32,000 nucleotides of DNA, taken from positions 360,001 through 392,000 of the forward strand of contig NZ_CP066019.1 in NCBI RefSeq assembly GCF_016127575.1, in the 5' to 3' direction. Positions 31,737 to 32,000 of the stretch are shown here, one piece after another (position 1 is the first letter of the stretch; each line of letters starts with the position of its first letter). The stretch is from Cupriavidus necator (lineage in GTDB: Bacteria > Pseudomonadota > Gammaproteobacteria > Burkholderiales > Burkholderiaceae). A program made the translations under genes and the position numbers. The notes beneath the pieces are model-generated. The model had not been told where the DNA came from. It ran no database searches and worked only from the letters and a program-made list of their open reading frames with translations.

Positions 31737-32000
31737 ATGCCTACGACCAACCCGCATCTTCATTACGTTCCAGCCGGCGTCACGCTTCCCGTGGCGGCGC
31801 ATGAAGGTGATCCCTTTCGAAGCCTGAAGGTCATGGCCGAGGCGAATCCGGACGCCGTCGTGGCCACCGACGAGGCCGGCGGACCGCTGACCTGCGCGCA
31901 GTTGCTGAATGCGAGCCTCATGCTGGCGGGATACATGCAGCAGCGCCTGGATGTCCGCGGCGGCGAGCGTGTGTTGCTGATGCTGCCGGCATATCCCCCG
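31737..32000 (+). CDS. AMP-dependent synthetase/ligase (acyl-CoA ligase) family protein, 5' end only
   Basis: The frame is open from 31608 to the window end, so it is not in the ORF track. The translation ...MAEANPDAVVATDEAGGPLTCAQLLNASLMLAGYMQQRLDVRGGERVLLMLP has the typical N-terminal layout of adenylate-forming ligases. The start is uncertain: ATG at 31659, 31692, 31707, 31737 or 31833. Confidence 0.6.
   Translation, partial: MPTTNPHLHYVPAGVTLPVAAHEGDPFRSLKVMAEANPDAVVATDEAGGPLTCAQLLNASLMLAGYMQQRLDVRGGERVLLMLPAYPP

Noticed and set aside
1-32000. CRISPR arrays, tRNA/rRNA genes, integrase or prophage genes
   Set aside because: I saw no regularly spaced direct repeats with unique spacers, no cloverleaf-like or rRNA-like conserved segments, and no integrase, recombinase or phage structural ORFs. 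The only tandem repeats are the short in-frame 9-bp tracts, and the only interspersed repeats are the three REP/MITE copies.

Overview
This is a high-GC (roughly two-thirds G+C) betaproteobacterial segment. It is probably Cupriavidus/Ralstonia-like; that is an inference from codon style, the number of Bug-family binding proteins and the REP-type palindromes. I saw no rRNA, tRNA or CRISPR array. The window is almost wholly a catabolic island for CoA thioesters:
- five acyl-CoA dehydrogenase genes: two adjacent alpha/beta-like pairs plus one canonical enzyme
- three crotonases (one partial)
- three SDRs: one HSD17B10-like, one MFE-2-dehydrogenase-like, one FabG-like
- a MaoC hydratase
- an alpha-methylacyl-CoA-racemase-like family III CoA-transferase-fold protein
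- two paralogous NDP-forming acyl-CoA synthetases
- a partial AMP-dependent ligase
- a nitronate-monooxygenase-family flavoenzyme
- a thiolase-fold protein with both catalytic cysteines replaced, paired with a DUF35 protein, a DUF2889 protein and a small orphan ORF
- four orphan Bug/TctC periplasmic binding proteins, with no TctA/TctB in the window
- a LysR regulator

The most unusual items are:
1. A 1290-aa regulator in which a full-length but apparently inactivated IS630-type transposase (DD-Q instead of DDE) is fused in frame to a MalT/LAL-type STAND ATPase with a LuxR helix-turn-helix.
2. The enzyme set as a whole. It resembles the peroxisomal and actinobacterial steroid-side-chain toolkit for 2-methyl-branched acyl-CoAs, including a predicted Ltp2-like retro-aldolase, yet no ring-degradation genes are visible.
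3. A MITE-like nested-palindrome element with 15-bp terminal inverted repeats and a 12-bp target duplication, inserted into a terminator hairpin, plus two related copies carrying Neisseria dRS3-like ATTCCC-N8-GGGAAT cores.
4. A decayed RelE-type toxin gene next to an intact antitoxin, operator and promoter.

Many long ORFs in the six-frame track are GC-driven shadow ORFs and were rejected.
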